A stretch of DNA of 64,000 nt, taken from NCBI RefSeq assembly GCF_053078305.1, contig NZ_CP166879.1. One strand, written 5' to 3'. A program made the position numbers and the translations under genes. Below, piece by piece: positions 10,662-24,875 of the stretch (positions within the stretch are counted from its first letter, which is position 1; each line of letters opens with the position of its first letter). The notes below the pieces were generated by a model. That model did not search any database, was not told where the DNA came from, and saw only the letters and a list, made by a program, of their open reading frames with translations.

Positions 10662-12031
10662 TAGGCAGCTTGACCGCGCGCATCTTCGCCATCTTCTGGC
10701 TGACGCTGGCGCTGGTGTTGATGTTGGTTTTGATGTTACCCAAGCTCGATTCACGCCAGATGACCGAGCTTCTGGATAGCGAACAGCGTCAGGGGCTGAT
10801 GATTGAGCAGCATGTTGAAGCGGAGCTGGCGAACGATCCGCCCAACGATTTAATGTGGTGGCGGCGTCTGTTCCGGGCGATTGATAAGTGGGCACCGCCA
10901 GGACAGCGTTTGTTATTGGTGACCACCGAAGGCCGCGTGATCGGCGCTGAACGCAGCGAAATGCAGATCATTCGTAACTTTATTGGTCAGGCCGATAACG
11001 CCGATCATCCGCAGAAGAAAAAGTATGGCCGCGTGGAACTGGTCGGTCCGTTCTCCGTGCGTGATGGCGAAGATAATTACCAACTTTATCTGATTCGTCC
11101 GGCCAGCAGTTCTCAATCCGATTTCATTAACTTACTGTTTGACCGCCCGCTATTACTGCTGATTGTCACCATGTTGGTCAGTACGCCGCTGCTGTTGTGG
11201 TTGGCCTGGAGTCTGGCAAAACCGGCGCGTAAGCTGAAAAACGCTGCCGATGAAGTTGCCCAGGGAAACTTACGCCAGCACCCGGAACTGGAAGCGGGGC
11301 CACAGGAATTCCTTGCCGCCGGTGCCAGTTTTAACCAGATGGTCACCGCGCTGGAGCGCATGATGACTTCTCAGCAGCGTCTGCTTTCTGATATCTCTCA
11401 CGAGCTGCGCACCCCGCTGACGCGTCTGCAACTGGGTACGGCGTTACTGCGCCGTCGTAGCGGTGAAAGTAAGGAACTGGAGCGTATTGAAACCGAAGCG
11501 CAACGTCTGGACAGCATGATCAACGATCTGTTGGTGATGTCACGTAATCAGCAGAAAAACGCGCTGGTAAGCGAGACATTGAAAGCTAACCAGTTGTGGG
11601 GCGAAGTGCTGGATAACGCGGCGTTCGAAGCAGAACAGATGGGCAAGTCGTTTTCTGTTAACTTCCCGCCTGGGCCGTGGCCGCTGTACGGCAACCCGAA
11701 CGCCCTGGAAAGTGCGCTGGAAAACATTGTTCGTAATGCTCTGCGTTATTCCCATACGAAAATTGAAGTAGGCTTTGCGGTAGATAAAGACGGTATCACC
11801 ATTACGGTGGACGACGATGGTCCTGGCGTTAGCCCGGAAGATCGCGAACAGATTTTCCGTCCGTTCTATCGGACCGATGAAGCACGCGATCGTGAATCTG
11901 GCGGTACAGGTTTGGGGCTGGCGATTGTTGAAACCGCCATTCAGCAGCATCGTGGCTGGGTGAAAGCAGAAGACAGCCCGCTGGGCGGTTTACGGCTGGT
12001 GATTTGGTTGCCGCTGTATAAGCGGAGTTAA
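10658..12031 (+). CDS. cpxA: Envelope stress sensor histidine kinase
   Basis: 457-aa ORF; overlaps cpxR stop by 4 nt; HisKA/HATPase motifs. Confidence 0.96.
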   Translation: MIGSLTARIFAIFWLTLALVLMLVLMLPKLDSRQMTELLDSEQRQGLMIEQHVEAELANDPPNDLMWWRRLFRAIDKWAPPGQRLLLVTTEGRVIGAERSEMQIIRNFIGQADNADHPQKKKYGRVELVGPFSVRDGEDNYQLYLIRPASSSQSDFINLLFDRPLLLLIVTMLVSTPLLLWLAWSLAKPARKLKNAADEVAQGNLRQHPELEAGPQEFLAAGASFNQMVTALERMMTSQQRLLSDISHELRTPLTRLQLGTALLRRRSGESKELERIETEAQRLDSMINDLLVMSRNQQKNALVSETLKANQLWGEVLDNAAFEAEQMGKSFSVNFPPGPWPLYGNPNALESALENIVRNALRYSHTKIEVGFAVDKDGITITVDDDGPGVSPEDREQIFRPFYRTDEARDRESGGTGLGLAIVETAIQQHRGWVKAEDSPLGGLRLVIWLPLYKRS

Positions 12032-12042
12032 ACTCCGCATTT

Positions 12043-12127
12043 GTAGGCAGGATAAGGCGTTTACGCCGCATCCGGCATTTGAGCAGGATGCCTGATGCGA
12101 CGCTGATAGCGTCTTATCAGGCCTACA
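12043..12127. repeat. REP/BIME element pair
   Basis: gtaggcaggataaggcgtttacgccgcatccggca ... gcctgatgcgacgc...cttatcaggcctac. Confidence 0.85.
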
Positions 12128-12136
12128 CTCCGAGGG

Positions 12137-12811
12137 TTATTTTCCCCACAACCGGCGGGAAAAATCTTCGATCTTGCCGCTCAGTCGGCGCTTTTGCATC
12201 GTCCGCGTCCAGCTTTTCGATAGCCCGGCGGCGGAGAGTAAACGGTGATACTGATCGTCATCAAACGGCATATGCCATGCGATGGCGGCAGCCTCCTGCA
12301 CGGTCACATCGCTGACACGGGAAACCAACTCCAGCGGCGCGTCCGCAGACACTTTCCCTGGCGCTATCACGCTATACAACCATCCCACTTTACCCGTGTT
12401 TTGCATCAACTGCGCTATATCGCTGATATCAAAATGGTAATTGAGTTTATAGCAAGGCGAGCGCGGCTGGCTGACCTGAATTAATGCCTCTCCCCAGCGG
12501 AAAATATCGCCAATATAAACATTACTTTCCGTGAGACCGTCGGTTGAGAGATTTTCGCCAAACGCAGGCGCAACAAACAACTCTGCCTGTTCCGGAAATT
12601 CCCGCGCCCAGTAGAGATAGTGCTCACGAGGATAATGACACAGCGCTCTGTCTGGCCCACCGTGAACCTTTTTCTCCGCCTGCTCGTCACCTTCCAGCCC
12701 CAGCTCCGTCAGCATCAACTCACCATCAACCTGGATTTTGGCAATTGCGCTGGGTTTGCCTTCGGGATAAGCCTGAATCTTGCCTGTGTATACATCAACC
12801 GGATATCGCAT
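12137..12811 (-). CDS. yiiM: MOSC-domain protein (6-N-hydroxylaminopurine resistance)
   Basis: Track ORF 234 aa; trimmed to MRYPVDVYTG start giving 224 aa. Confidence 0.88.
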   Translation of the reverse strand: MRYPVDVYTGKIQAYPEGKPSAIAKIQVDGELMLTELGLEGDEQAEKKVHGGPDRALCHYPREHYLYWAREFPEQAELFVAPAFGENLSTDGLTESNVYIGDIFRWGEALIQVSQPRSPCYKLNYHFDISDIAQLMQNTGKVGWLYSVIAPGKVSADAPLELVSRVSDVTVQEAAAIAWHMPFDDDQYHRLLSAAGLSKSWTRTMQKRRLSGKIEDFSRRLWGK

Positions 12812-12959
12812 CTGTTCCCTCTCCACGAGAAATTTCCCCATTAGACCATATTTATTTTATGTCAGGCGTGCTGTTTTCGCGGTAAGTATCCAGGCAGGAA
12901 CTCAATAGCAAACCGGACGAACGTTAGTTCATCCGGCGGTGGGGATTAAGGAAGCAGGT

Positions 12960-13943
12960 TTATTTCACCGTACCTAAAATTTCGATTTTCGCCGCTCTGG
13001 CTTTGACTTTACGTGACCAGATAGAGGTAAGAATTGGCACCAGAATCGAAGTCACAATGACTGCCGTCGCTACCAGCGAAGTTGCTGCCGGAGCCATCGG
13101 TTTAAACGCAGGCACCATTTCTGCAATCAGCACAGGTGTCGCTACCGCGGCCCCTGCGGAACTGGAAGCGGCAATTCCGGCAGTGCCATCGCCACCGCCA
13201 ATCAATTTATCGGCGATAATCAACGGAATACCGGTCACGATAATTACTGCCACACCCAACAGGATCCCCAGCAAACCTGTCTGGGCAATTACAGTCAAAT
13301 CAATGGTATTGCCTAGTGCGAAGGCAAAGAATGGAATCAGCGTCTGCACCGCTTTGCTGAAAAATTCTCGTAATTCAGGGTCAAGGTTCCCAAGGGCAAA
13401 GCCCACCAGGAACGGTAATACTGCGCCGACGAAAACATGCGGTTCAAACGAGGCAATCCCGGCAGTGCCCAGAATAATCATCGTCATGAGCGGCCCGGAC
13501 TCCAACGACATCAACACAAATGCCCCAGCTTCTTCTTTTGTGCCGTACTGCTGCATGATGGAAGCGTAAAGTCCGCCGTTGGTCATATCCATCGCCGCCA
13601 CCAGCGCCAGCGTTGAAAGTCCGGCAAAGAATCCAACTTCAACACCATGTTCCGGAATAATACGCGAGGCAATTGCCGCAACCACCCACGCGACGGCAAT
13701 TTTAGTTACCACCAGCGTACCGGATTTACGCAGTACCGTTCCCGTCGCGCTTAATTTTATTGACGCCCCCATGCAAAAAAACCACACCGCCAGAATGGGC
13801 ACCGTACCGGTAATCATCCCGTTGGTGAATGATCCAAAATATTTCCCCGCCCCCGGCGAGAAGGTGTGGCACAGTGCGCCAAGGAATAGCGGGACGAGCA
13901 TCATCCCCCCCGGGATTTTCTCAATCGAGCGTTTTATCTGCAT
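12960..13943 (-). CDS. kdgT: 2-keto-3-deoxygluconate permease
   Basis: Polytopic membrane protein; trimmed to [11 protein letters not shown] start giving 327 aa. Confidence 0.9.
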
Positions 13944-14120
13944 TTCCATCACCTGTCGGCATATTTTTAAGGGCTGATGCGTAATTCCTCAATGGAGCAT
14001 CAGTGTTGATGGAAACGAAGATAGACATTCATTTAATCAATAAAAGTGATCAAAACCACATCAATTGAAACACTGTTTTATTTTTATCGGATCATTGTTT
14101 TTATTTTGAAATTGATCACA

Positions 14121-14150
14121 AAAAAACCACCGCCATTGGCGATGGTTCAT
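14121..14150 (-). terminator. sodA intrinsic terminator
   Basis: Near-palindromic ccaccgccattggcgatgg flanked by A6/T6 runs, 3' of sodA. Confidence 0.6.
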
Positions 14151-14202
14151 TTTTTAAGCTGATATGCGGCGTAAACGCCTCATTGCAGCAGACGGCAAAT
14201 GA

Positions 14203-14823
14203 TTATTTTTTCGCCGCGAAACGGGCCGCTGCTTCGTCCCAGTTCACCACGTTCCAGAACTCTTTGATGTAGTCCGGGCGGCGGTTCTGGAATTTCAGGT
14301 AGTAAGCATGTTCCCACACATCCAGGCCCAGAATCGGGAAGCCGGATACGCCAGAAATAGCTTCACCCATCAGCGGGGAGTCCTGGTTAGCAGTAGAAAC
14401 CACCGCCAGTTTATCGCCTTTCAGCACCAGCCATGCCCAGCCGGAACCAAAGCGGGAAGCTGCCGCTTTCTCAAATTCTGCTTTGAAGTTATCTACGGAA
14501 CCGAAATCACGTTCGATAGCCGCTTTCAGGTCACCCTGCAGGGTGGTGCCTTTTTTCAGACCTTTCCAGAACAGGCTGTGGTTAGCGTGACCGCCAGCGT
14601 TGTTGCGCAGTACGGTTTTCTTGTCTGCTGGAAGCTGGTCCAGTTTGGTGATCAACTCTTCAACCGGCAGGTTGGCAAATTCTGGCAGGCTTTCCAACGC
14701 CGCGTTGGCGTTGTTGACGTAGGTCTGATGGTGTTTGGTGTGGTGGATTTCCATGGTCTGCTTATCGAAGTGCGGTTCCAGGGCATCGTAAGCATACGGC
14801 AGGGATGGCAGGGTATAGCTCAT
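14203..14823 (-). CDS. sodA: Manganese superoxide dismutase
   Basis: 206-aa protein from [20 protein letters not shown] start. Confidence 0.97.
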   Translation of the reverse strand: MSYTLPSLPYAYDALEPHFDKQTMEIHHTKHHQTYVNNANAALESLPEFANLPVEELITKLDQLPADKKTVLRNNAGGHANHSLFWKGLKKGTTLQGDLKAAIERDFGSVDNFKAEFEKAAASRFGSGWAWLVLKGDKLAVVSTANQDSPLMGEAISGVSGFPILGLDVWEHAYYLKFQNRRPDYIKEFWNVVNWDEAAARFAAKK

Positions 14824-15107
14824 ATTCATCTCCAGTATTGTCGGGCGGCCGATTGTTAATGCCGCGTAAGCAGTTGGTTCATTATAGTTAATTAAATGAT
14901 ATTGAAAATGATTATCAATGCCGTACTTTTCGTAAGGGTATGGTTTTGCAGGAAAATGCCCGAGATGTGAAGCAAATCACCCACTTAATGCCGTGATTGC
15001 CAGTAAATCGACAACGGCGGCAACAGGCGAAAGGTTAATCGACAGCACGATTTTTACACTCATCTCGTCGGAGATGTGACGCGACGAAAAATGATGAGGA
15101 TAAGAAG

Positions 15108-16142
15108 ATGAGTAACGCGATTACGATGGGGATATTTTGGCATTTGATCGGCGCGGCCAGTGCAGCCTGTTTTTACGCTCCGTTCAAAAAAGTAAAAAAA
15201 TGGTCATGGGAAACCATGTGGTCAGTCGGTGGGATTGTTTCGTGGATTATTCTGCCGTGGGCCATCAGCGCCCTGTTACTACCGAATTTCTGGGCGTATT
15301 ACAGCTCGTTTAGTCTCTCTACGCTGCTGCCTGTTTTTCTGTTCGGCGCTATGTGGGGGATCGGTAATATCAACTACGGCCTGACCATGCGTTATCTCGG
15401 CATGTCGATGGGAATTGGCATCGCCATTGGCATTACGTTGATTGTCGGTACGCTGATGACGCCAATTATCAACGGCAATTTCGATGTGTTGATTAACACC
15501 GAAGGCGGACGCATGACGTTGCTCGGCGTTCTGGTGGCGCTGATTGGCGTAGGGATTGTAACTCGAGCCGGGCAGTTGAAAGAGCGCAAGATGGGCATTA
15601 AAGCCGAAGAGTTCAATCTGAAAAAAGGGCTGGTGCTGGCGGTGATGTGCGGCATTTTCTCTGCCGGGATGTCCTTTGCGATGAACGCCGCAAAACCGAT
15701 GCATGAAGCCGCTGCCGCACTTGGCGTCGATCCACTGTATGTCGCTCTGCCAAGCTATGTTGTCATCATGGGCGGCGGCGCGATCATTAACCTCGGTTTC
15801 TGTTTTATTCGTCTGGCAAAAGTGAAGGATTTGTCGCTAAAAGCCGACTTCTCGCTGGCAAAACCGCTGATCATTCACAATGTGTTACTCTCGGCACTGG
15901 GCGGGTTGATGTGGTATTTGCAATTCTTTTTCTATGCCTGGGGCCACGCCCGCATTCCGGCGCAGTATGACTACATCAGTTGGATGCTGCATATGAGTTT
16001 CTATGTATTGTGCGGCGGTATCGTCGGGCTGGTGCTGAAAGAGTGGAACAATGCAGGACGCCGTCCGGTAACGGTGTTGAGCCTCGGTTGTGTGGTGATT
16101 ATTGTCGCCGCTAACATCGTCGGCATCGGCATGGCGAATTAA
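15108..16142 (+). CDS. rhaT: L-rhamnose:H+ symporter
   Basis: 344-aa polytopic membrane ORF recognised as RhaT. Confidence 0.95.
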
Positions 16143-16987
16143 TCTTTCTGCGAATTGAGATGACGCCACTGGCTGGGCGTCATCCCGGTTTCCCGGGTAA
16201 ACACCACCGAAAAATAGTTACTATCTTCAAAGCCACATTCGGTCGAAATATCACTGATTAACAGGCGGCTATGCTGGAGAAGATATTGCGCATGACACAC
16301 TCTGACCTGCCGCAGATATTGATTGATGGTCATTCCAGTCTGCTGGCGAAATTGCTGACGCAAAACGCGCTCACTGCACGATGCCTCATCACAAAATTTA
16401 TCCAGCGCAAAGGGACTTTTCAGGCTAGCCGCCAACCGGGTAATCAGCTTATCCAGCAACGTTTCGCTGGATGTTGGCGGCAACGAATCACTGGTGTAAC
16501 GATGGCGATTCAGCAACATCACCAACTGCCCGAACAGCAACTCTGCCATTTCGTTAGCAAACGGCACATGCTGACTACTTTCATGCTCAAGCTGACCGAT
16601 AACCTGCCGCGCCTGCGCCATCCCAACGCTACCTAAGCGCCAGTGTGGTTGCCCTGCGCTGGCGCTAAATCCCGGAATCGCCCCCTGCCAGTCAAGATTC
16701 AGCTTCAGCCGCTCCGGGCAATAAATAATATTCTGCAAAACCAGATCGTTAACGGAAGCGTAGGAGTGTTTATCGTCAGCATGAATGTAAAAGAGATCGC
16801 CACGGGTAATGCGATAAGGGCGATCGTTAAGTACATGCAGGCCATTACCGCGCCAGACAATCACCAGCTCACAAAAATCATGTGTATGTTCAGCAAAGAC
16901 ATCTTGCGGATATCGGTCAGCCACAGCGACTGCCTGCTGGTCGCTGGCAAAAAAATCATCTTTGAGAAGTTTTAACTGATGCGCCAC
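16139..16987 (-). CDS. rhaR: AraC-family rhamnose regulator RhaR
   Basis: AraC-type HTH C-terminus. Start placed at GTG giving 282 aa (MAHQLKLL...); the alternative ATG at 17077 gives 312 aa and overlaps rhaS. Confidence 0.85.
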
Positions 16988-17060
16988 CGTGGCTACCTCG
17001 GCCAGAGAACGAAGTTGATTATTCGCAATATGGCGTACAAATACGTTGAGAAGATTCGCG

Positions 17061-17897
17061 TTATTGCAGAAAACCATCCCGTCCCTGACGAATATCACGC
17101 GGTGACCAGTTAAACTCTCGGCGAAAAAGCGTCGAAAAGTGGTTACTGTCGCTGAATCCGCAGCGATAGGCGATGTCAGTAACGCTGGCCTCGCTGTGGC
17201 GTAGCAGATGTCGGGCTTTCATCAGTCGCAGGCGGTTCAGGTAACGCTGAGGCGTCAGTCCCGTTTGCTGCTTAAGCTGTCGATGTAGCGTACGCAGTGA
17301 AAGAGAAAATTGATCCGCCACGGCATCCCAATTCACCTCATCGGCAAAATGGTCCTCCAGCCAGGCCAGAAGCAAGTTGAGACGTGATGCGCTGTTTTCC
17401 AGGTTCTCCTGCAAACTGCTTTTACGCAGCAAGAGCAGTAATTGCATAAACAAGATCTCGCGACTGGCGGTCGAGGGTAAATCATTTTCCCCTTCCTGCT
17501 GTTCCATCTGTGCAACCAGCTGTCGCACCTGCTGCAATACGCTGTGGTTAACGCGCCAGTGAGACGGATACTGCCCATCCAGCTCTTGTGGCAGCAACTG
17601 ATTCAGTCCGGCGAGAAACTGAAATCGATCCGGCGAGCGATACAGCACATTAGTCAGACACAGATTATCGGTATGTTCATACAGATGCCGATCATGGTCG
17701 CGCACAAAACAGACCGTGCCACCGGTGATGGTATAGGGCTGCCCATTAAACACATGAATACCCGTGCCATGTTCGACAATCACAATTTCATGAAAATCAT
17801 GATGATGTTCAGGAAAATCCGCCTGCGGGAGCCGGGGTTCTATCGCCACGGACGCGTTACCAGACGGAAAAAAATCCACACTATGTAATACGGTCAT
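17061..17897 (-). CDS. rhaS: AraC-family rhamnose regulator RhaS
   Basis: 278-aa ORF recognised as RhaS. Confidence 0.95.
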   Translation of the reverse strand: MTVLHSVDFFPSGNASVAIEPRLPQADFPEHHHDFHEIVIVEHGTGIHVFNGQPYTITGGTVCFVRDHDRHLYEHTDNLCLTNVLYRSPDRFQFLAGLNQLLPQELDGQYPSHWRVNHSVLQQVRQLVAQMEQQEGENDLPSTASREILFMQLLLLLRKSSLQENLENSASRLNLLLAWLEDHFADEVNWDAVADQFSLSLRTLHRQLKQQTGLTPQRYLNRLRLMKARHLLRHSEASVTDIAYRCGFSDSNHFSTLFRREFNWSPRDIRQGRDGFLQ

Positions 17898-20910
<3,013 letters not shown>

Positions 20911-20915
20911 ACACT

Positions 20916-21335
20916 GCCGGATGCGGCACAAGTGCCTTATCCGGCCTACAGGTCGGCAACAGTTGTAGGCCTGATAAGACGCGACATCGCATCAGGCATT
21001 GATTGCCGGATGCGGCACAAGTGCCTTATCCGGCCTACAGGTCGGCAACAGTTGTAGGCCTGATAAGACGCGACAGCGTCGCATCAGGCATTGATTGCCG
21101 GATGCGGCACAAGTGCCTTATCCGGCCTACAGGTCGGCAACAGTTGTAGGCCTGATAAGACGCGACAGCGTCGCATCAGGCATTGATTGCCGGATGCGGC
21201 ACAAGTGCCTTATCAGGCCTACAGGTCGGCAATAGTTGTAGGCCTGATAAGACGCGACAGCGTCGCATCAGGCATTGATTGCCGGATGCGGCACGAGTGC
21301 CTTATCCGGCCTACAGGTCGTGCATCCGACAACAC
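20916..21335. repeat. Tandem REP/BIME array, about 5 copies of a ~92-bp unit
   Basis: gccggatgcggcacaagtgccttatccggcctacaggtcggcaacagttgtaggcctgataagacgcgacagcgtcgcatcaggcattgatt recurs starting at 20916, 21005, 21097, 21189 and 21281. Confidence 0.9.
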
Positions 21336-21357
21336 CGAATTTACAGGAACACAGAAC

Positions 21358-22182
21358 ATGCAAAATATTACCCAGTCCTGGTTTGTCCAGGGAATGATCA
21401 AAGCCACCACCGACGCCTGGCTGAAAGGCTGGGATGAGCGCAACGGCGGCAACCTGACTCTGCGCCTGGATGACGCCGATATCGCACCATATCACGACAA
21501 TTTCCACCAACAACCGCGCTATATCCCGCTCAGCCAGCCCATGCCTTTACTGGCAAATACACCGTTTATTGTCACCGGCTCGGGCAAATTCTTCCGTAAC
21601 GTCCAGCTTGATCCTGCGGCTAACTTAGGCATCGTAAAAGTCGACAGCGACGGCGCGGGCTACCACATTCTTTGGGGGTTAACCAACGAAGCCGTTCCAA
21701 CTTCTGAACTTCCGGCTCACTTTCTCTCCCACTGCGAGCGCATTAAAGCCACCAACGGTAAAGATCGGGTGATCATGCACTGCCACGCCACCAACCTGAT
21801 CGCCCTCACCTATGTACTTGAAAACGACACCGCGGTCTTCACTCGCCAACTGTGGGAAGGCAGCACCGAGTGTCTGGTGGTATTCCCGGATGGCGTTGGC
21901 ATTCTGCCGTGGATGGTGCCCGGCACGGACGAAATCGGCCAGGCGACCGCACAAGAGATGCAGAAACATTCGCTGGTGTTGTGGCCCTTCCACGGTGTGT
22001 TCGGTTCCGGACCGACGCTGGATGAAACATTCGGTTTAATCGACACCGCAGAAAAATCAGCACAAGTATTAGTGAAGATTTATTCGATGGGCGGCATGAA
22101 ACAGACCATCAGCCGTGAAGAGTTGATAGCGCTCGGCAAGCGCTTCGGCGTTACACCACTAGCCAGTGCGCTGGCGCTGTAA
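21358..22182 (+). CDS. rhaD: Rhamnulose-1-phosphate aldolase
   Basis: Track ORF (331 aa) runs through the REP array; trimmed to [12 protein letters not shown] start giving 274 aa. Confidence 0.95.
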   Translation: MQNITQSWFVQGMIKATTDAWLKGWDERNGGNLTLRLDDADIAPYHDNFHQQPRYIPLSQPMPLLANTPFIVTGSGKFFRNVQLDPAANLGIVKVDSDGAGYHILWGLTNEAVPTSELPAHFLSHCERIKATNGKDRVIMHCHATNLIALTYVLENDTAVFTRQLWEGSTECLVVFPDGVGILPWMVPGTDEIGQATAQEMQKHSLVLWPFHGVFGSGPTLDETFGLIDTAEKSAQVLVKIYSMGGMKQTISREELIALGKRFGVTPLASALAL

Positions 22183-22191
22183 GGAGCAAAC

Positions 22192-22506
22192 ATGATCCGC
22201 AAAGCCTTTGTCATGCAGGTTAACCCCGACGCCCACGAAGAGTATCAGCGTCGGCATAACCCCATCTGGCCGGAGCTGGAAGCAGTGTTGAAATCTCACG
22301 GTGCGCATAACTACGCCATTTACCTCGACAAAGCGCGTAATCTGCTGTTTGCCATGGTAGAGATTGAATCTGAAGAACGGTGGTATGCGGTAGCCAGCAC
22401 TGAAATCTGCCAACGTTGGTGGAAATATATGACCGACGTTATGCCAGCTAACCCGGATAACAGCCCGGTGAGTAGCGAGCTGCAAGAAGTGTTTTACCTG
22501 CCTTAA
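22192..22506 (+). CDS. rhaM: L-rhamnose mutarotase
   Basis: 104-aa ORF recognised as RhaM (YiiL). Confidence 0.93.
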   Translation: MIRKAFVMQVNPDAHEEYQRRHNPIWPELEAVLKSHGAHNYAIYLDKARNLLFAMVEIESEERWYAVASTEICQRWWKYMTDVMPANPDNSPVSSELQEVFYLP

Positions 22507-22546
22507 TGAGTTGCGGTGCCGGAAAATATCCAGCACCGCGCCTTCA

Positions 22547-23941
22547 TCAGAAGAAGTATTTAAAGCGAACGCGTGCGCCGTAACGGTCATCAGTATCATC
22601 ACCGTGTTTTTTATCACCGTCGCTATCCAGAATGGAGTAATACGTCCCGAGGTAAATATTAAAGTTCTCCATATCCATCACATTAGCGAACTGATAAGAC
22701 GCATGAATGGTGTGAATGGAGTACGTCCCTTCATCATCAATCCAGCAGTCGTTATCACAAACTACACCGCTGAATTCATCAATCTTATTGTGCGCGTAGA
22801 TATAACCGAGCTCGAAACGTTTCCACAGCGCGTTAATCCCGGCAGTGAAATCTTTCTCATTATTAGCATCTAAATAGGCGGTATTAAGATTAACCACAAT
22901 GCCATTGTCCGGATCCGTTTTCAGGCCGTTCCAGGTCATGCTCATCCCATAGCCGGTACGATCGGACTGATCGACAAAATTACCCTTGCTATCGGTATAA
23001 CCATAAGCATTATTTACCACGTTCGCTTCCATCGCTGCGGAAACGGTGAATTCTTCCGTCGGCGACCAGGCAATTACTGGGCGCAGATAAGCAACATTTT
23101 TCTGCTGCTCCATATCGCGTCCATGATAATTACCGTCATTATATAAAGATGTTCCGTCTTCAAGTAACGTATTTAATTCAAAATACCAGTTATCGAGTTG
23201 TTTGCTGACGAGGAAATTACCGCCAGCGTTAGAGCGCCCGCGGCCCTCTTTCATCATATAGATATAACCGCTGCCATCGTCATAAAGATCGTTCGCAGTA
23301 TTACCGGAATGTTCAACAAAGGTATCCTGATTCAGCGGGAACATATCGTAGGCTTCAAAACGGCCTACTTTGACCTTCCAGTCGTTTTCTTTACCAAAGA
23401 AGAATACCGCATCATCGATATTTACTGAACCGTGCATATCACCCAGCGGTTGTGCGGAGAACCCGGCGAAATAACCGTTGTCCATCTTTCGCATACCGTC
23501 AAAACCTAACAGAATACGACCATTGAGATTCCACTGTTCATTAGTGGGATCGCTATTCACATCAGCGTTGGTCATTGCCAGCAGGCCATGATTACTTTCC
23601 GCATCCATATTAAATTCTACGTCGCCGTAGATTTTTAAATCGCCATAACCTGAAAGCAAAAGATTAGGTGAGGTGGCATTTTTCTTTGCAGATTCCGCCG
23701 TTGCCTGTCCATTTACCGGCGTATTGCCCTGAGCGGCCTTAATTTCGCGGATCTCAGCGGCTTGTTGTGTCTGCAGCTGTTTAACCTGGCTCTCTGCTTT
23801 TGCCGCCCGCATTTCTGCCGCTTCCAGGCGTTCTTCCAGCAATGCCATGCGTTGTTCCAGCGTTAAATGCTGTGTTTTTGCCATACCGGTACTACATGCC
23901 AATAATAAACCGATGGCTAAAGATAATGTCGATTTTTTCAT
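22547..23941 (-). CDS. Putative outer-membrane carbohydrate-type porin with N-terminal coiled coil
   Basis: 464-aa ORF; N-terminal signal peptide (MKKSTLSLAIGLLLACSTGMA); heptad-like LEQRMALLEERLEAAEMRAAKAESQVKQLQ segment; Y/G/N/D-rich amphipathic body ending in aromatic ...RFKYFF as expected of a beta-barrel OMP; not recalled at this position in K-12. Confidence 0.6.
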   Translation of the reverse strand: MKKSTLSLAIGLLLACSTGMAKTQHLTLEQRMALLEERLEAAEMRAAKAESQVKQLQTQQAAEIREIKAAQGNTPVNGQATAESAKKNATSPNLLLSGYGDLKIYGDVEFNMDAESNHGLLAMTNADVNSDPTNEQWNLNGRILLGFDGMRKMDNGYFAGFSAQPLGDMHGSVNIDDAVFFFGKENDWKVKVGRFEAYDMFPLNQDTFVEHSGNTANDLYDDGSGYIYMMKEGRGRSNAGGNFLVSKQLDNWYFELNTLLEDGTSLYNDGNYHGRDMEQQKNVAYLRPVIAWSPTEEFTVSAAMEANVVNNAYGYTDSKGNFVDQSDRTGYGMSMTWNGLKTDPDNGIVVNLNTAYLDANNEKDFTAGINALWKRFELGYIYAHNKIDEFSGVVCDNDCWIDDEGTYSIHTIHASYQFANVMDMENFNIYLGTYYSILDSDGDKKHGDDTDDRYGARVRFKYFF

Positions 23942-24418
23942 TATTTACGTTCCCTGAAATAAAGGAGGCCCTACGCTTTCCAAAAGGAATACGTATATAG
24001 AGAAATATAAAGCGTGCACTTTCGAATTTTTAATCCAACTTCAGCAGGCCGATGGATAGTATCCCGCCGCATAATATGAGTAAATCCGCTGATTTCCTGG
24101 AACGTGAGGAATATAACAATAGTGCCGTTTTTAACTAAATATCGTAAAAAATATTAGATATGATTCAAACTGACTCATAAGCCACAAATATAAATAACGT
24201 GGCAGCAAAATATCCGCGACAGTTAAACATTCACAAAATCATTAAATAATAACTCTTTATTCACAAGATTTATTTTACCTACTAATATGTGCCTTACGCC
24301 GCAAAATTTATCCTTCACTCTGCTTTATATTGTCACGACTTCACGACATATCCGCGCTCATCACAAACCCGCCCCGCTATTACAATTAACTGAAATATTT
24401 TTTCATGGAGTCCGATTA

Positions 24419-24865
24419 ATGGCAGCTCTTACTGCAAGCTGTATTGACCTGAATATTCAGGGCAATGGCGCTTATTCCATTCTGAAGCAGTTAGCGACAA
24501 TGGCGTTACAAAACGGTTTTATCGCCGACTCACACCAGTTCCTGCAAACCCTGCTGCTGCGCGAAAAAATGCACTCCACCGGTTTTGGTTCTGGTGTCGC
24601 CGTGCCGCACGGTAAAAGCGCCTGCGTTAAACAACCGTTCGTGTTATTCGCCCGCAAAGCGCAGGCTATTGACTGGAAAGCCAGCGACGGCGAAGACGTC
24701 AATTGCTGGATCTGCCTCGGCGTGCCGCAAAGCGGCGAAGAGGATCAGGTCAAAATCATCGGCACACTGTGTCGCAAAATTATCCACCAGGATTTTATTC
24801 ACCAACTGCAACAGGGCGACGCCGACCAAGTGCTTGCCTTGTTAAATCAAACCCTCAGCTCATAA
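24419..24865 (+). CDS. frvA: PTS fructose-like EIIA component
   Basis: Track ORF 192 aa; trimmed to MAALTASCIDL start giving 148 aa; conserved phosphorylation His in GVAVPHGK. Confidence 0.9.
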   Translation: MAALTASCIDLNIQGNGAYSILKQLATMALQNGFIADSHQFLQTLLLREKMHSTGFGSGVAVPHGKSACVKQPFVLFARKAQAIDWKASDGEDVNCWICLGVPQSGEEDQVKIIGTLCRKIIHQDFIHQLQQGDADQVLALLNQTLSS

Positions 24866-24875
24866 GGAAGTGGCG

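Noticed and set aside
13003-13569. 188-aa plus-strand ORF
   Set aside because: Antisense to kdgT; Ala/Thr-rich low-complexity translation of the membrane-protein reverse strand.
20916-21335. Possible CRISPR array (regular direct repeats)
   Set aside because: Units are contiguous about 92-bp REP/BIME palindromes with no unique spacers and no cas genes nearby; they match the REP consensus seen at five other sites in the window.
21187-21357. N-terminal 57-codon extension of the rhaD ORF
   Set aside because: The extension is translated REP-array sequence starting at a non-ATG codon; the true start is the ATG at 21358 matching the RhaD N-terminus. The same logic was applied to the track extensions of cdh, pfkA, fieF, yiiM, frvA, yihU-like, yihV and glnG.
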